This document shows, piece after piece, positions 19,580 through 29,754 of a stretch of DNA of 64,000 nucleotides; positions within the stretch are counted from its first letter, which is position 1; every line of letters starts with the position of its first letter. Location: IMG/VR virus record IMGVR_UViG_3300029955_000001; one strand, given 5' to 3'. Source of the stretch: a virus (lineage: Duplodnaviria; Caudoviricetes). The notes below the pieces were generated by a model. It did no database searches. It had not been told where the DNA came from and worked only from the letters and a program-made list of their open reading frames with translations. Position numbers and translations under genes: made by a program.

Positions 19580-21727
19580 TCAGTAGAAATCACTTACTAA
19601 TTTTGTTATCTTTTTATCAGTCATGTAAATGCCAAGACTCTCTAGGATAATGTAAAGAACTTTAGTGCTATCTGAAACAATTTTACGCACACCCACTACA
19701 TCGAAAATCTCTTTCGGTATACCACCAGATGCTAGTATACTTTCTGGAAGAATAAATGTTTTACCTAAAGTAAGTTTATCATTCTTTAACATCCATGCTT
19801 CCATTCGTGCCGCTAATTCACGATCTTCCATATTCAGAAGCCACTCGCGGGTATGTGTTGGACTATTCACCTCAGCAGATATTTTGATACCGATATAGGG
19901 TGGTTTATTAACCATGCCGTACTTCGGGCCAAATACTTCTTGCCACATCGTGTACTGCATGTAGTTTGCTGTTAACTCACCCCGCTTATAAGACTCAGCT
20001 GGTTTAATCTGTGATCGTTTAAAATACTCAAACTTACCTTGCGCGATTGAACTGATAATATTTCTTTCAATATCACCCACTTGTTTTAATATCTGATCCC
20101 AGCTTAATTTCTTTTCTTTCAATATTTCATTCATGACAAACAACATTAATTTCTTTGCTTCTGCCATAACAAGTTTAGGCGCATTAGATGCCTTAAGATG
20201 CACGCCTTTAATTTCTGATTTGTACTTACTATAAATGTTTCCTTCTTGCGCTCCAATTAACGCAAAGTAATGCTTTGCTACTTGAGTTGGGGTAAAAACA
20301 TCGAATTTAAATTCATTCTTCATCGCAATTTGAAATAGACGTTTCTTTTCAATTCCAAAATTAGTTGACATGATAGCAAGAACATGCGTGATAGTTTGCG
20401 ATGCTAAGAAAATCAATGCCGCAGCTACTGCATTTGAAACAGGATCAAAGGCATAACTTCCGCTATACCAAAGCACCCAATCTTGTACTGTAAAGATTGT
20501 TGAGTCTGTATCTGAAGTAACAACACAACGACGAATACTTTCTGGGAAATAAGCAACCGATGCCGGTACGTTCTTAGTAACCCAAAACGCTTTTATTAAA
20601 TTCTTATATTCATCAATAACGTTTATGATGTTTTCTACTGTTGAGGCATAAATCCCATACGCGGGTGTACCTGAAACATCCTTAACGTTAATAACTTCTT
20701 TTGTTGATTCTTTCTTTAAATCATCAGCACAAATCATTGAAGCAAAATTACAAATATCGTCAGTTGCTTTCTTAATTGCTGAATCTGGATCAGGATGAAC
20801 CACATTAACTCTTGTTGATAATTTTGTAATGAAAATTCTTACTGCGTCATTATTAAATTTCATTAAATGATAAAGATCGCCTGTGTAGACAAAAGCTGAT
20901 CGTTCTATTGGCGACAGTGTTCTTATTAAGTCATCAATTCTTTTTTGTTGTGAGCGAGTCTTCCAATATAAATCAGTGGAGTAACGAACTGTTTCAATTG
21001 TTTCTTCAATCGACGGATGGCGTAGCCCGAACTCGCACATTGCTTTTTCTATAGCAGAATAATCGCTGTGGTTGATAATACTGATAATGTTATTTCGAGT
21101 AATGTCGGCTGACCAATAGTGTCTGTTGCCAGATATAAATTTTTCATTGTTAGCATTACCGTATCCTGAAGTAGATCTACAATTAGAAGTCAGCGTCGAG
21201 TGTGCTGTCTTGTTATTTAGAACTGTAGAAGAAGATACGTGCGCGCCAGATAAAGAATTATTAGCAAGCTTTTTATTAATCTGTTCTTTTTCTTTTATAT
21301 CTTCTAAAAATTTATTACCGGCTAATTTAGCAGCAAATTTCTCTTTTTTAGCTTTTCCGCGTGCTGCTACGTTACCATCAATAAAATCTACTAATAATGA
21401 TTTCTTAACTTCTGGAGATAAATAAGTAGTAAGAGTTGGTGCTATCAAGTCGTTTTCTTTAACGGCACTATTGATATACTCAGATAACTTACCTACTTTT
21501 CTTTCACGATCTCCATTACGACCACGTTCTAGATAATGTATTTTTGGATCTTTAAATTCGAACTCTCCATTAGGTTTTAAAGATGTTATCACAAACTTAA
21601 CACAGTCGTCATAAGGCTTCCCGGTCATATGTGCTAAATAACTGGCTGAGTCATCAACGTAGTGTTTAAAAATATTAACATCACGAACGTATTCATTCGT
21701 GTCTAAAATAAAAGGGTTATCGGCCAT
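19580..21727 (-). CDS. family B DNA polymerase, polymerase-domain subunit (phiKZ gp50-like split PolB)
   Basis: KKLANNSLSG (KxxxNSxYG-like), SDTDSTIF (DTDS) and KGVHL. No exonuclease domain. Confidence 0.88.
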   Translation of the reverse strand: MADNPFILDTNEYVRDVNIFKHYVDDSASYLAHMTGKPYDDCVKFVITSLKPNGEFEFKDPKIHYLERGRNGDRERKVGKLSEYINSAVKENDLIAPTLTTYLSPEVKKSLLVDFIDGNVAARGKAKKEKFAAKLAGNKFLEDIKEKEQINKKLANNSLSGAHVSSSTVLNNKTAHSTLTSNCRSTSGYGNANNEKFISGNRHYWSADITRNNIISIINHSDYSAIEKAMCEFGLRHPSIEETIETVRYSTDLYWKTRSQQKRIDDLIRTLSPIERSAFVYTGDLYHLMKFNNDAVRIFITKLSTRVNVVHPDPDSAIKKATDDICNFASMICADDLKKESTKEVINVKDVSGTPAYGIYASTVENIINVIDEYKNLIKAFWVTKNVPASVAYFPESIRRCVVTSDTDSTIFTVQDWVLWYSGSYAFDPVSNAVAAALIFLASQTITHVLAIMSTNFGIEKKRLFQIAMKNEFKFDVFTPTQVAKHYFALIGAQEGNIYSKYKSEIKGVHLKASNAPKLVMAEAKKLMLFVMNEILKEKKLSWDQILKQVGDIERNIISSIAQGKFEYFKRSQIKPAESYKRGELTANYMQYTMWQEVFGPKYGMVNKPPYIGIKISAEVNSPTHTREWLLNMEDRELAARMEAWMLKNDKLTLGKTFILPESILASGGIPKEIFDVVGVRKIVSDSTKVLYIILESLGIYMTDKKITKLVSDFY

Positions 21728-21807
21728 TGTTGTTTTTTCCTTTTTCCAGTAGCAAATTATAAGTCGTGTAGATATTTTTTAAAGTTTTTAATCTTTAAAA
21801 AAGAAGA

Positions 21808-21848
21808 CGGCATAAAAAAAAGGGTTCCAGTTGTTTAGACCGGAACCC
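21808..21848 (-). terminator. intrinsic terminator (hairpin + U8 + ATGCCG)
   Basis: GGGTTCC/GGAACCC stem followed by a T-run on the minus strand. Confidence 0.7.
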
Positions 21849-21854
21849 ATAAAA

Positions 21855-22140
21855 AGAATTATCTAGCGAGGAGAGCACTAGATAACGTGCGGCGACGCAC
21901 ACAACAAGATAACATTAACTCAGACAACTTTGCCTTGTTCAGCATCTCTACCCGAAAAGGAATAACGAGGAAATGCACAGACTAAGCTACATTGCCCATT
22001 TCATTAAGTTATATATAAGGAGTAAAAATATAACTTAATGAACCTAGGAGTTAATGCTCTCTTAGCACTATTTCATTTGATAAATTTCAAACAAAACTTC
22101 TTAACAGTGATCCAACGGAGGTAAAAACCACTATTAAGCA
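21855..22140. ncRNA. candidate structured ncRNA with repeated GGA(G)/CUCC hairpin loops
   Basis: No long ORF. Three clear stems have AGGAG or ACGGAG loops, and there are six GGA motifs in total. Transcribed strand is unknown. Confidence 0.3.
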
Positions 22141-22233
22141 AACCGGGTGTGCCAAACCCTTTACTGTCAAACAATTAATGTTCCCAATAAAAAATAACTG
22201 AAAAACATTAGTTGCTCTACATACAATACATTT

Positions 22234-22632
22234 TTAACTTATACTGAGTGTGAACGCGTTATAACCGTTCGCTACTAAACAAGAATTGATACGCGCTATG
22301 TCTGCTTGACTAACATTTGTAATTGTAGCTACAATTGTATTTGTCTCAGTTAACACCACGGTAGAATCGTTAATCCACGGAATACCAAGAACAACTGAAA
22401 CTCCTGCGGTTGTTGTTATTTTAATATAGTTATACTGCTTTGGATCGTTTGGTGTTCCTACCGGAAGTGATGGATAAACAGCCACATGTATCGCCTGAAT
22501 AGGTCTATCTCTATTAGCCATTTCATAGTTCATAACGGCATCAACAACAGCATCGACATAACCAGAACCCAACACAGGAACAGCGAATAGATTAAACGTG
22601 TACGCTTGACCTATTTGAAAGTTTGTAGACAT
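22234..22632 (-). CDS. conserved core protein (phiKZ gp49-like)
   Basis: 132-aa beta-rich ORF just upstream of PolB. Confidence 0.55.
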   Translation of the reverse strand: MSTNFQIGQAYTFNLFAVPVLGSGYVDAVVDAVMNYEMANRDRPIQAIHVAVYPSLPVGTPNDPKQYNYIKITTTAGVSVVLGIPWINDSTVVLTETNTIVATITNVSQADIARINSCLVANGYNAFTLSIS

Positions 22633-22647
22633 GATGATCCTAAATTA

Positions 22648-23037
22648 TTAATTGAAGAATTTTTTAAGAACAATATCGTTCCCTAACATACAATCATAAG
22701 TGTATGGAAATTCTAATTGCCCTATTCTATTTTTTTCGTATGCGCCTAAATTACGCACTGCGTTATATATACCCATAGCCAAAATGTGCGTAGCGTTTTT
22801 TACAAGACTAAACAAAATAGGATCAGATATATAAGAGGTATTGCGCATACGATTAAGTTCAGGAAGTCTAGATAAATCATTAAAACAATTTTCTTCCCCA
22901 TCTAATAAGATAAAAATTATTTGAGTAATAATCTCTACCACATCATCTCTTCCAAATACATTAGCTGTTTTATTACAAAATTCTTTTACCAATTCTCTAC
23001 TGTTCAGTATAATGAGAACGTCTTTATTAGTCTGCAT
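22648..23037 (-). CDS. hypothetical protein, tandem paralog family member
   Basis: Shares the N-terminal lII(L/D)..L..F and C-terminal L.AY....PY....LGNDIvL patterns with the next two ORFs. Confidence 0.6.
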   Translation of the reverse strand: MQTNKDVLIILNSRELVKEFCNKTANVFGRDDVVEIITQIIFILLDGEENCFNDLSRLPELNRMRNTSYISDPILFSLVKNATHILAMGIYNAVRNLGAYEKNRIGQLEFPYTYDCMLGNDIVLKKFFN

Positions 23038-23057
23038 GTTACATCACTATCTAATAT

Positions 23058-23480
23058 TCAGCATTCAGGTAGTTCTAGTCGTGTCAGTAAAATGTCGTTT
23101 CCCAATAATTGAACAAATTGATAAAACAGATAACCATTACGATAAGCATTAAGTCGTTTTAAGTCACTGTATATTTTTGACGCAAACTCAGACATTGCTT
23201 CGGCGGTGTCGTCGGCATCTTGTGCAAAAGCGGCACCAAGATGATACCTAGCAGCACACTGACAGCTAGCATCAATGTTTAAATTTGTATTGCTATTATC
23301 GTACGACATTGCTTCAAAAATTGTTTCCAATACATCTTCTTCAGTTACTTCGATTTCTATAAGTGCTTTTATTTTTGTACGTAAAAATTTCACTAGATTA
23401 CGAGTATCTAGGATAACATAGTCTGGTAATTTCATTTCGTTTATTTTATTTATTTTTCTCGAATACGATAGTATTGGCAT
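23058..23480 (-). CDS. hypothetical protein, tandem paralog family member (likely start at MKLPDY)
   Basis: PDYVILD...LNAYRNGYLFYQFVQLLGNDILL. Confidence 0.6.
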   Translation of the reverse strand: MPILSYSRKINKINEMKLPDYVILDTRNLVKFLRTKIKALIEIEVTEEDVLETIFEAMSYDNSNTNLNIDASCQCAARYHLGAAFAQDADDTAEAMSEFASKIYSDLKRLNAYRNGYLFYQFVQLLGNDILLTRLELPEC

Positions 23481-23829
23481 TTAACATTCTCCTTAGTGCG
23501 TATGGAAAGTAGTTGTCACTATAAGCATTAATAGCAATCAGTTTATTTTTTATTTGATTACCTAATTTATTTACAGCGTTTATTACTCTTTCTTCTGCAC
23601 CGTTATCATTGTCATAGTTTTCAGATAGACCTATACCTTTGCTCATAAGGAACGCGGTACAGGTCAATCGAACAGTTGAGGTTGGTAAGTAATTAATTGA
23701 ATTTGTTATTTTTACTAAAGCTTCATCAGCTTCGATGACAGGCATGTCTAGTTCACACACTATTGACCTAAAAGCGTTAAGCTCGCTCTTAAGTTCAATA
23801 ATTAAATAATCCGGAAATTTATTATTCAC
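23446..23829 (-). CDS. hypothetical protein, tandem paralog family member
   Basis: PDYLIIE...INAYSDNYFPYALRRML. Confidence 0.6.
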   Translation of the reverse strand: MNNKFPDYLIIELKSELNAFRSIVCELDMPVIEADEALVKITNSINYLPTSTVRLTCTAFLMSKGIGLSENYDNDNGAEERVINAVNKLGNQIKNKLIAINAYSDNYFPYALRRMLNANTIVFEKNK

Positions 23830-24244
23830 GATATATCTTTATAATTGCAATTAGATCACTACCAAACCATTTAGATTGTTCAATAGAAACATCATATATT
23901 TCTTTCATAAAAATACCATACATCATTGAATTAACAGCTTCTTCAATTAAGTCTACCACAACTTCAATTAGTAAACTATTATCAGGATAACAAGAATAAT
24001 CCGCTAAACGTGCTTCGTTAGAAAGAGAATATTGTTGTAGTATTGATTCTTTTAAAGGACTAAATGCTGGGTGTTTAATTCCTATTTTCTTATTTTGAAG
24101 ATAATCTAGAAACAAATACCCAGCACTCATAGTAACGGTGTTGCTAATTACTCCTTTTATTCCGTTCTCATAAAAAGAGAATACCGAATCAAACTGTTTA
24201 ACTTGTCTTAGTATCTCAGCGGTAGGTAATAGATATGCCGACAT
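23822..24244 (-). CDS. hypothetical protein
   Basis: 140 aa, coupled to neighbours, with SD. Confidence 0.6.
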   Translation of the reverse strand: MSAYLLPTAEILRQVKQFDSVFSFYENGIKGVISNTVTMSAGYLFLDYLQNKKIGIKHPAFSPLKESILQQYSLSNEARLADYSCYPDNSLLIEVVVDLIEEAVNSMMYGIFMKEIYDVSIEQSKWFGSDLIAIIKIYRE

Positions 24245-24260
24245 TAAATACCCTCACAAA

Positions 24261-24698
24261 TCAATCGTTGTAATCAACTGGGAACGTAATAACAACATCT
24301 CTAAGGTTACAAAAATCCATACTGTATCCTTCTAGATTATCAAATGTTAATTCTGGGATATGCGCTGCTATTGCATCTATTGTTAATTTAAATATATTCA
24401 GAGACAACTCTACGGCTGTGTCTGAATCTAATCCTTGTTGAATAAGCAATTTCGTAGATGGTCGAAATCGTTTATTCGAATCTATCATTACTGCACTATT
24501 CACTATTTCATGCACTAATAACGACATGTATTCACCAGCGTTATAATTAAGTGCGTTGTTACTTTGCAATAAAGACAATTGGCCGTTTGCTCTGCCGTTA
24601 TTTGTGTTAGCTATATATTGAGCATATTCTGAAATTGTTTGTTTAAGAACACCCACTGGTTCTGCAAGTGAGAGCAATACTTGTTTAGGCTTAATCAT
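24261..24698 (-). CDS. hypothetical protein
   Basis: 145-aa ORF in the operon. Confidence 0.6.
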   Translation of the reverse strand: MIKPKQVLLSLAEPVGVLKQTISEYAQYIANTNNGRANGQLSLLQSNNALNYNAGEYMSLLVHEIVNSAVMIDSNKRFRPSTKLLIQQGLDSDTAVELSLNIFKLTIDAIAAHIPELTFDNLEGYSMDFCNLRDVVITFPVDYND

Positions 24699-24711
24699 TC
24701 TCTATCATCTT

Positions 24712-25356
24712 TCATGACCATTCGCCTTCTGTTATTCTGCGCTGCCAGTCCCATATTCTAAAATCACAACACTTTTCAATGTAGTAATCTCCTCTATTTA
24801 CTTTTAGAAAATGCATCAACCATGTATCTTTGTCAATAAATTTAATAATATTTGTTCTTAAGTCAACTAAAGTAGATACGATGTTATTTACAATATCATT
24901 TAGAGTTTCATCGTTATGGTATTCTGGCTTAATAAACTCACGCCATATTTCTTCATAACTGGCTTGATCTCTGTGTAACCAAACATTTAACCATGCTGAC
25001 TTATCATCTAAAGTCTTTTGAACGAAGGCTTTTATTATTTGCATACCTATTGTTGGCACTGTTGGTTCTTCTGATAACTGCTTTACGTTTTTACTTGTAA
25101 CAACAATATCGCCAGATTGATTAAACACTTCACTTACAATATCACTTAAACTCATAATTGGTGTTTCGACTATTGTCCCATCTTCTTTCTTTTCTTTTTT
25201 ATAATAGTAATTACCAGGACGTAACACAGCGTCAGATTTACCACGTATATAAATACCTTTATCAAAAGGTATCAAGTATTCTTTAAATTTTTCTTCTATG
25301 TGTGAAGCTAATTCTTTTGGATTAAATATAAGTGTACTGGTTACTGGGATGTTCAT
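24712..25356 (-). CDS. conserved hypothetical protein (phiKZ gp42-like by position)
   Basis: 214-aa ORF ending ...DFRIWDWQRR... Confidence 0.5.
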   Translation of the reverse strand: MNIPVTSTLIFNPKELASHIEEKFKEYLIPFDKGIYIRGKSDAVLRPGNYYYKKEKKEDGTIVETPIMSLSDIVSEVFNQSGDIVVTSKNVKQLSEEPTVPTIGMQIIKAFVQKTLDDKSAWLNVWLHRDQASYEEIWREFIKPEYHNDETLNDIVNNIVSTLVDLRTNIIKFIDKDTWLMHFLKVNRGDYYIEKCCDFRIWDWQRRITEGEWS

Positions 25357-25730
25357 AAATAAAATGAATAGTTAAATTGTTTCATCTCTGCGAAGTACTG
25401 AATATACAGGTCTCGCCCTCTCATTACTATTTCAATTTCATTGTGATCAGAATAAATTCGTGGTGCTTTTATATACCAACTAAATACTTTACTTAATCCA
25501 GTTGGCAAGCTAGTATCAAGATAATCTCTGACATTTATGTGTGGTCTACGATTATGAATGTGATTTATGTCAAACAAATTATAAGTCATCTCTATTTCTT
25601 CAGCAATTATCCATTTGACGATATCTTCTTCATCTGCTGGATATGCTTCTAGTATAGGTTCAAAGTATGGTTTTATGTAATGAATAAACTCTTGGATGTC
25701 TTGTATCAAAATTGCCCTGCCAACAGTCAT
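25353..25730 (-). CDS. hypothetical protein
   Basis: 125 aa, SD AGGGAG, overlaps the next ORF. Confidence 0.6.
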   Translation of the reverse strand: MTVGRAILIQDIQEFIHYIKPYFEPILEAYPADEEDIVKWIIAEEIEMTYNLFDINHIHNRRPHINVRDYLDTSLPTGLSKVFSWYIKAPRIYSDHNEIEIVMRGRDLYIQYFAEMKQFNYSFYL

Positions 25731-25923
25731 TATAACTCCCTAGGGACTCTCAAATGATTAGCTTGTTATGTTTTTTTATACAATAATATTAAAACGGCAT
25801 ATAGCCTAAAGTTTCTTCACAACCCTTAATCCGCCGTTAGTAAACGCCCCGCAGCATTTGACTAGTTAATTGGAAAAAAGGTTGTGAAGAAACTACCATC
25901 TTAATTTGATGGTAGTGAACTAC

Positions 25924-26943
25924 TTACAGAACAAGTCCTGTATCGGTATCTGGCTGATCTACTTTTGTCAAGATGCTTTCACTTGCTAAACGTGCTTTTT
26001 GTCGCGCAGCCGCGTCTGCTAGAATTTTTGACAGGTGATTGTATTCACCTTTAATAATTCCATCACTAGTAACAAAGTGCATTGGAATACGGCCCTTCAG
26101 CGTGTCAGTACAGCTTTCTGGGATATAACCATTACATTGATAATCTGGAGTGATTGGGAACGGTGTTGTCATTCCTTCTACAGCCAAGGTAGCAACGCTG
26201 ATAATGTTTCCAATGTTGCTAGGGATATCATCGGTCTTTTCAATCAACGACAACGCGACGAGCTGTGGTGTCTTGAACGAAGTCACTTTGTTGAAATTCA
26301 ACCAATGAGCTAGATCTTTAGAATCCAACTCTAGATTTTCACGGGAGAACAAAACACATAAACCAGTGATAATTTCAATGATGCCGCGATCAGCAACAAT
26401 GCGTGGATCTGGGTCATCGCGTGATGTTACGTTCTTATTTTGGACGTAATACATCACAACAGGCAATTTACGCAAGCCTGCAATTGACTCATACGACTTC
26501 AATGTCTTCAGTGTGTTTTCAGCAGCAAGAGCCGATTCAATTCCGCCAATAGCAATACAAACTGTTGGTGTATTTTGTTCTAACAATTCACTCATGATCA
26601 ATGGCGCAATAACAGAACCAGAGCCACCGCCTGTTGACGACAGAACAATAGTAAGATCAGCCGATGGAAACTTCTGAAGAATAGCGCGAATGTGACGGCT
26701 AATCTCAGCATGATTTTCACGACGAACCTTTCCAGACCCATCAAGTCCTTCAAGTACATAGGAGTTATCAGAATTGATATGCTTATGTGAATTAGATTTA
26801 CTTGCGTCAACATAAACAACTTGCAGCATTGCAAAGCCATCTTCAACCTGACCTTTATGCTTTTCTAATTGATTACCAATATTCCAACCAGCACCACCAC
26901 AGCAAATAACAAGTACTTCACCTTTTGGCGTCGACATTTCCAT
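25924..26943 (-). CDS. phuZ: PhuZ phage tubulin
   Basis: CCGGAGWNIG (T1 loop), VDAS, SSTGGGSGS (tubulin signature) and LDSKD (T7 loop), with an acidic C-terminal tail ending GLVL. Confidence 0.93.
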   Translation of the reverse strand: MEMSTPKGEVLVICCGGAGWNIGNQLEKHKGQVEDGFAMLQVVYVDASKSNSHKHINSDNSYVLEGLDGSGKVRRENHAEISRHIRAILQKFPSADLTIVLSSTGGGSGSVIAPLIMSELLEQNTPTVCIAIGGIESALAAENTLKTLKSYESIAGLRKLPVVMYYVQNKNVTSRDDPDPRIVADRGIIEIITGLCVLFSRENLELDSKDLAHWLNFNKVTSFKTPQLVALSLIEKTDDIPSNIGNIISVATLAVEGMTTPFPITPDYQCNGYIPESCTDTLKGRIPMHFVTSDGIIKGEYNHLSKILADAAARQKARLASESILTKVDQPDTDTGLVL

Positions 26944-27006
26944 TTTCCTTTTTTAATTAATAACAACACGTTGTGCTTTGCATAGAAGACAGCGATTTTG
27001 TAAAAT

Positions 27007-27906
27007 TTGTATCTAATGAGATATTATGATGAATTGTATATACCTCACTATAGTGATATATGGTTCAAAACGAATAGGTTAACAAATAAAGGAATTGTTA
27101 TGTTAAGTGCACTTAGCAAGGCAACGGATGAGTGTAAGTTTAGGATACCAAGAACTATCTTAGACGTCGTATTTATTCGACGTACTCAGAACTGGAAAGA
27201 TTTACCTGTCAGTATAGATGAAATGATTCTTAGAAACGTGATACGCCCACGTGTAATGATAGATTGTAATTTATTAGGCGGTACTGAAGCTTTTATTAAC
27301 TTAGAAGGTGTTCAGTATACCCGTACAGATGATTATACTTCTGTATATAGAATACCAAAAACTTTAACTCAAGGACGTAGTATTATCGTAGTTAAGAATA
27401 TAACATTTACTGATCCTACAAAAATATCTAGCTACGGTATTGCTGCTGGAACACAGAACACTACCATGTTACAGACAGGTAGCGCTGTAATGGATGCTCA
27501 TGGCAGTATACCAGTAACATCAACAGCTCGCGTGCAATTGATTGGTGAGAACGTTGTAATGGTAAGAGATACAGTTGTTTTGCCAGCTAATATTTATTTA
27601 CGTTGCATATTGGAAAATGATGAAACTCTTTCTCATTTACAATTAGCTAGTTATAGGCATTTCTCAGAACTATGTGTCTTAGCTGTAAAAGCATACATTT
27701 ATAATGAATACGTTATTGAAATGGATGTCGGCGAATTATTAGGTGGTATGCAATTAGGTCGATTTAAAGAGATTGTGGATACCTACGCTGAAGCAGATGA
27801 ACTTTATCGTACCTACTTAGTTGAGAAGTGGCAGAAAGTAGCGGTAATGCAAGATACTGAACAATTCACTAGATTGCTCAGATTAATGATAGGTGGAAGC
27901 AGATAG
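27007..27906 (+). CDS. conserved late/virion protein, possible neck or head-tail adaptor; likely start 27100
   Basis: SD AAAGGA before MLSALSK. Function is only a weak guess. Confidence 0.45.
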   Translation: MYLMRYYDELYIPHYSDIWFKTNRLTNKGIVMLSALSKATDECKFRIPRTILDVVFIRRTQNWKDLPVSIDEMILRNVIRPRVMIDCNLLGGTEAFINLEGVQYTRTDDYTSVYRIPKTLTQGRSIIVVKNITFTDPTKISSYGIAAGTQNTTMLQTGSAVMDAHGSIPVTSTARVQLIGENVVMVRDTVVLPANIYLRCILENDETLSHLQLASYRHFSELCVLAVKAYIYNEYVIEMDVGELLGGMQLGRFKEIVDTYAEADELYRTYLVEKWQKVAVMQDTEQFTRLLRLMIGGSR

Positions 27907-28020
27907 TAAATGCTATATACATAAAAGCCAGGACATCAACCCTGGCTTTTATGCTGCGCTAAAATAAAAAAAAAATAATAAGTTAATAAAGGAGGGGTAA
28001 ACTTCCATCCCCTCCTCACT

Positions 28021-28986
28021 CTAGCTGTACTTCACCGGTAAATCGTTATACTGCTGAATCAGGCTATCGTCTATCCTCCCGATGTTTAAAGACTGACTAG
28101 AACAGTCAGTGCCGATCATCCATTTAAGCTGTTCTTCATTTAATGAAACACAACCATAAGGAAGATGTTTCGTTTCAAATAAAGCCGCACGCAGCTTGTA
28201 TGGTCCACTCCATCGTACTAATGGTTTCCCTATGTTGTCTGGGTACTCCTGCCAAACAGCAACTAAACCAATAATAGATTTAGTAATAATCATCCGGCGA
28301 CCATACGGATCGTAACAATGCCTCTGCTCCCCTCTCTCCAGATAATTGTACGTCTCTCTATCTATTTGCAGGTTATCGAAGCTACCGTTCGGAGATTCCC
28401 ATTCAGGATTATATCTGAACATAATCGGTCCCATGAGTTCGAACTTCTTAATAAACAACTGCATCTCAGGGTAACGATTCAGTAAATTCATCGTTAATGA
28501 ATCCGTGAGGTTATCCTTAACAGTTTTCTGTTCAGTAGTCCTTGGGGTGTGTCGTGTTGATCGCATTACTTCAGGCATGTAATGTTGTTTTGTACTGCCG
28601 TCGCCAAAATTATCAAAACTAACTGAATCCCCATTTGGTTGTAGGACAGTAACTGTCCGTGATACTTCGTTTGGCTCTGGTACAAATAACTTCATACCAG
28701 CAGGTAGTGATTCTTCTATTGGAGACTTAACAATAGGCGTAGGTTCAGCTTTCTTCTCTTCCTGTACTTCTTTCTTAACAGGTTGTGGTTTGGCTTCTTC
28801 CTTATTAATCATACCGGCTTCGGTTAATACAAACTCCACGAAATGAACCAACCATTTTCTTGGATAGATGACAAAGACGACTTTTGTCTTTGGCTTAACG
28901 ATCTTTGTTTGTTTGCTCTTTGATTCTTCTTTCTTTTTGAGTTCCCGCTTATAAGCAGAACTCCATACTTTTGAAAAACTGCTCAT
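28021..28986 (-). CDS. hypothetical early protein with K/E/P-rich linker
   Basis: 321 aa, SD AGGAG. Confidence 0.6.
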   Translation of the reverse strand: MSSFSKVWSSAYKRELKKKEESKSKQTKIVKPKTKVVFVIYPRKWLVHFVEFVLTEAGMINKEEAKPQPVKKEVQEEKKAEPTPIVKSPIEESLPAGMKLFVPEPNEVSRTVTVLQPNGDSVSFDNFGDGSTKQHYMPEVMRSTRHTPRTTEQKTVKDNLTDSLTMNLLNRYPEMQLFIKKFELMGPIMFRYNPEWESPNGSFDNLQIDRETYNYLERGEQRHCYDPYGRRMIITKSIIGLVAVWQEYPDNIGKPLVRWSGPYKLRAALFETKHLPYGCVSLNEEQLKWMIGTDCSSQSLNIGRIDDSLIQQYNDLPVKYS

Positions 28987-29049
28987 AGCACACTCCTATC
29001 TATAAAAAAAATTGTTCGAAGAGAACTGTTAGATTCTCTTCGATTTTAT

Positions 29050-29214
29050 TTATGCCGCTGATGCAGCTTTTGATACGGCTTGTGCCGCGAGGTCGGCGGC
29101 GTTTGTTTCGGATTCCTTAGTGTTCTTGTCCTTTTCTTCTTGGAGACGCATTTCCGTTACCACATACGCACATCCAAGAAACCCAACAAGAACGCCCATG
29201 ATGAATTTGCCCAT
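29050..29214 (-). CDS. 54-aa membrane microprotein (not in ORF track)
   Basis: MGKFIMGVLVGFLGCAYVVTEMR...; SD AGGAG. Confidence 0.6.
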   Translation of the reverse strand: MGKFIMGVLVGFLGCAYVVTEMRLQEEKDKNTKESETNAADLAAQAVSKAASAA

Positions 29215-29215
29215 G

Positions 29216-29440
29216 TTATAATACTCCTAAGTTAATGTCTTTCGATTCGATTGTTTTTCCATTAGTCGATTTCTCAACTAATACTTTTACCATCTTTTCA
29301 CGCTGTGCTATTTTATCAGCTTCGGCTTTAGCTAGTCCTGCTTTGACCAAGACTTCACCTTTTAGGTAAATCTTCTGTCCAATTTGTGCACCTATTTGTT
29401 GGACGATACCGCCTATAAATTTCTCAATTAAAACGTTCAC
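29216..29440 (-). CDS. 74-aa microprotein, amphipathic Gly-rich N-terminus
   Basis: GTG start after AAGGAGAGG. Confidence 0.55.
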   Translation of the reverse strand: MNVLIEKFIGGIVQQIGAQIGQKIYLKGEVLVKAGLAKAEADKIAQREKMVKVLVEKSTNGKTIESKDINLGVL

Positions 29441-29532
29441 GTCCTCTCCTTTTTATTTAGATTAGCGATCACGCTGTATCGCTAATCTAAACGACCTGTG
29501 AGGGCACAGGTCGTCTTGCCGATGTTTGTGGG

Positions 29533-29703
29533 TTACGCTGCAGGTGCGTCTGTTGCTGGCGCTGGTGTAGCGACATCGCCTACTGTTGCGGTTGTGGTCT
29601 TGTTGCCAAAGCTGATGTGGTCTTTTGCGAAATAGGCAGCTACACCACCAACAACGATAACGCCAAGAGCGATGAGGCCATTCTTCAGATTGATGTTCAG
29701 CAT
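29533..29703 (-). CDS. membrane microprotein
   Basis: MLNINLKNGLIALGVIVVGGVAAYF...; SD AAAGGA. Confidence 0.62.
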   Translation of the reverse strand: MLNINLKNGLIALGVIVVGGVAAYFAKDHISFGNKTTTATVGDVATPAPATDAPAA

Positions 29704-29754
29704 GATATTTTCCTTTTGGGTGAGTAATAAATTTAGATCAAGCAAGAGAATTCT

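Noticed and set aside
21974-22123. Two short plus-strand ORFs (21 and 28 aa) in the GGA-rich region
   Set aside because: No recognisable features, poor SD spacing, and coding potential overlaps perfect stems; not excluded but unsupported.
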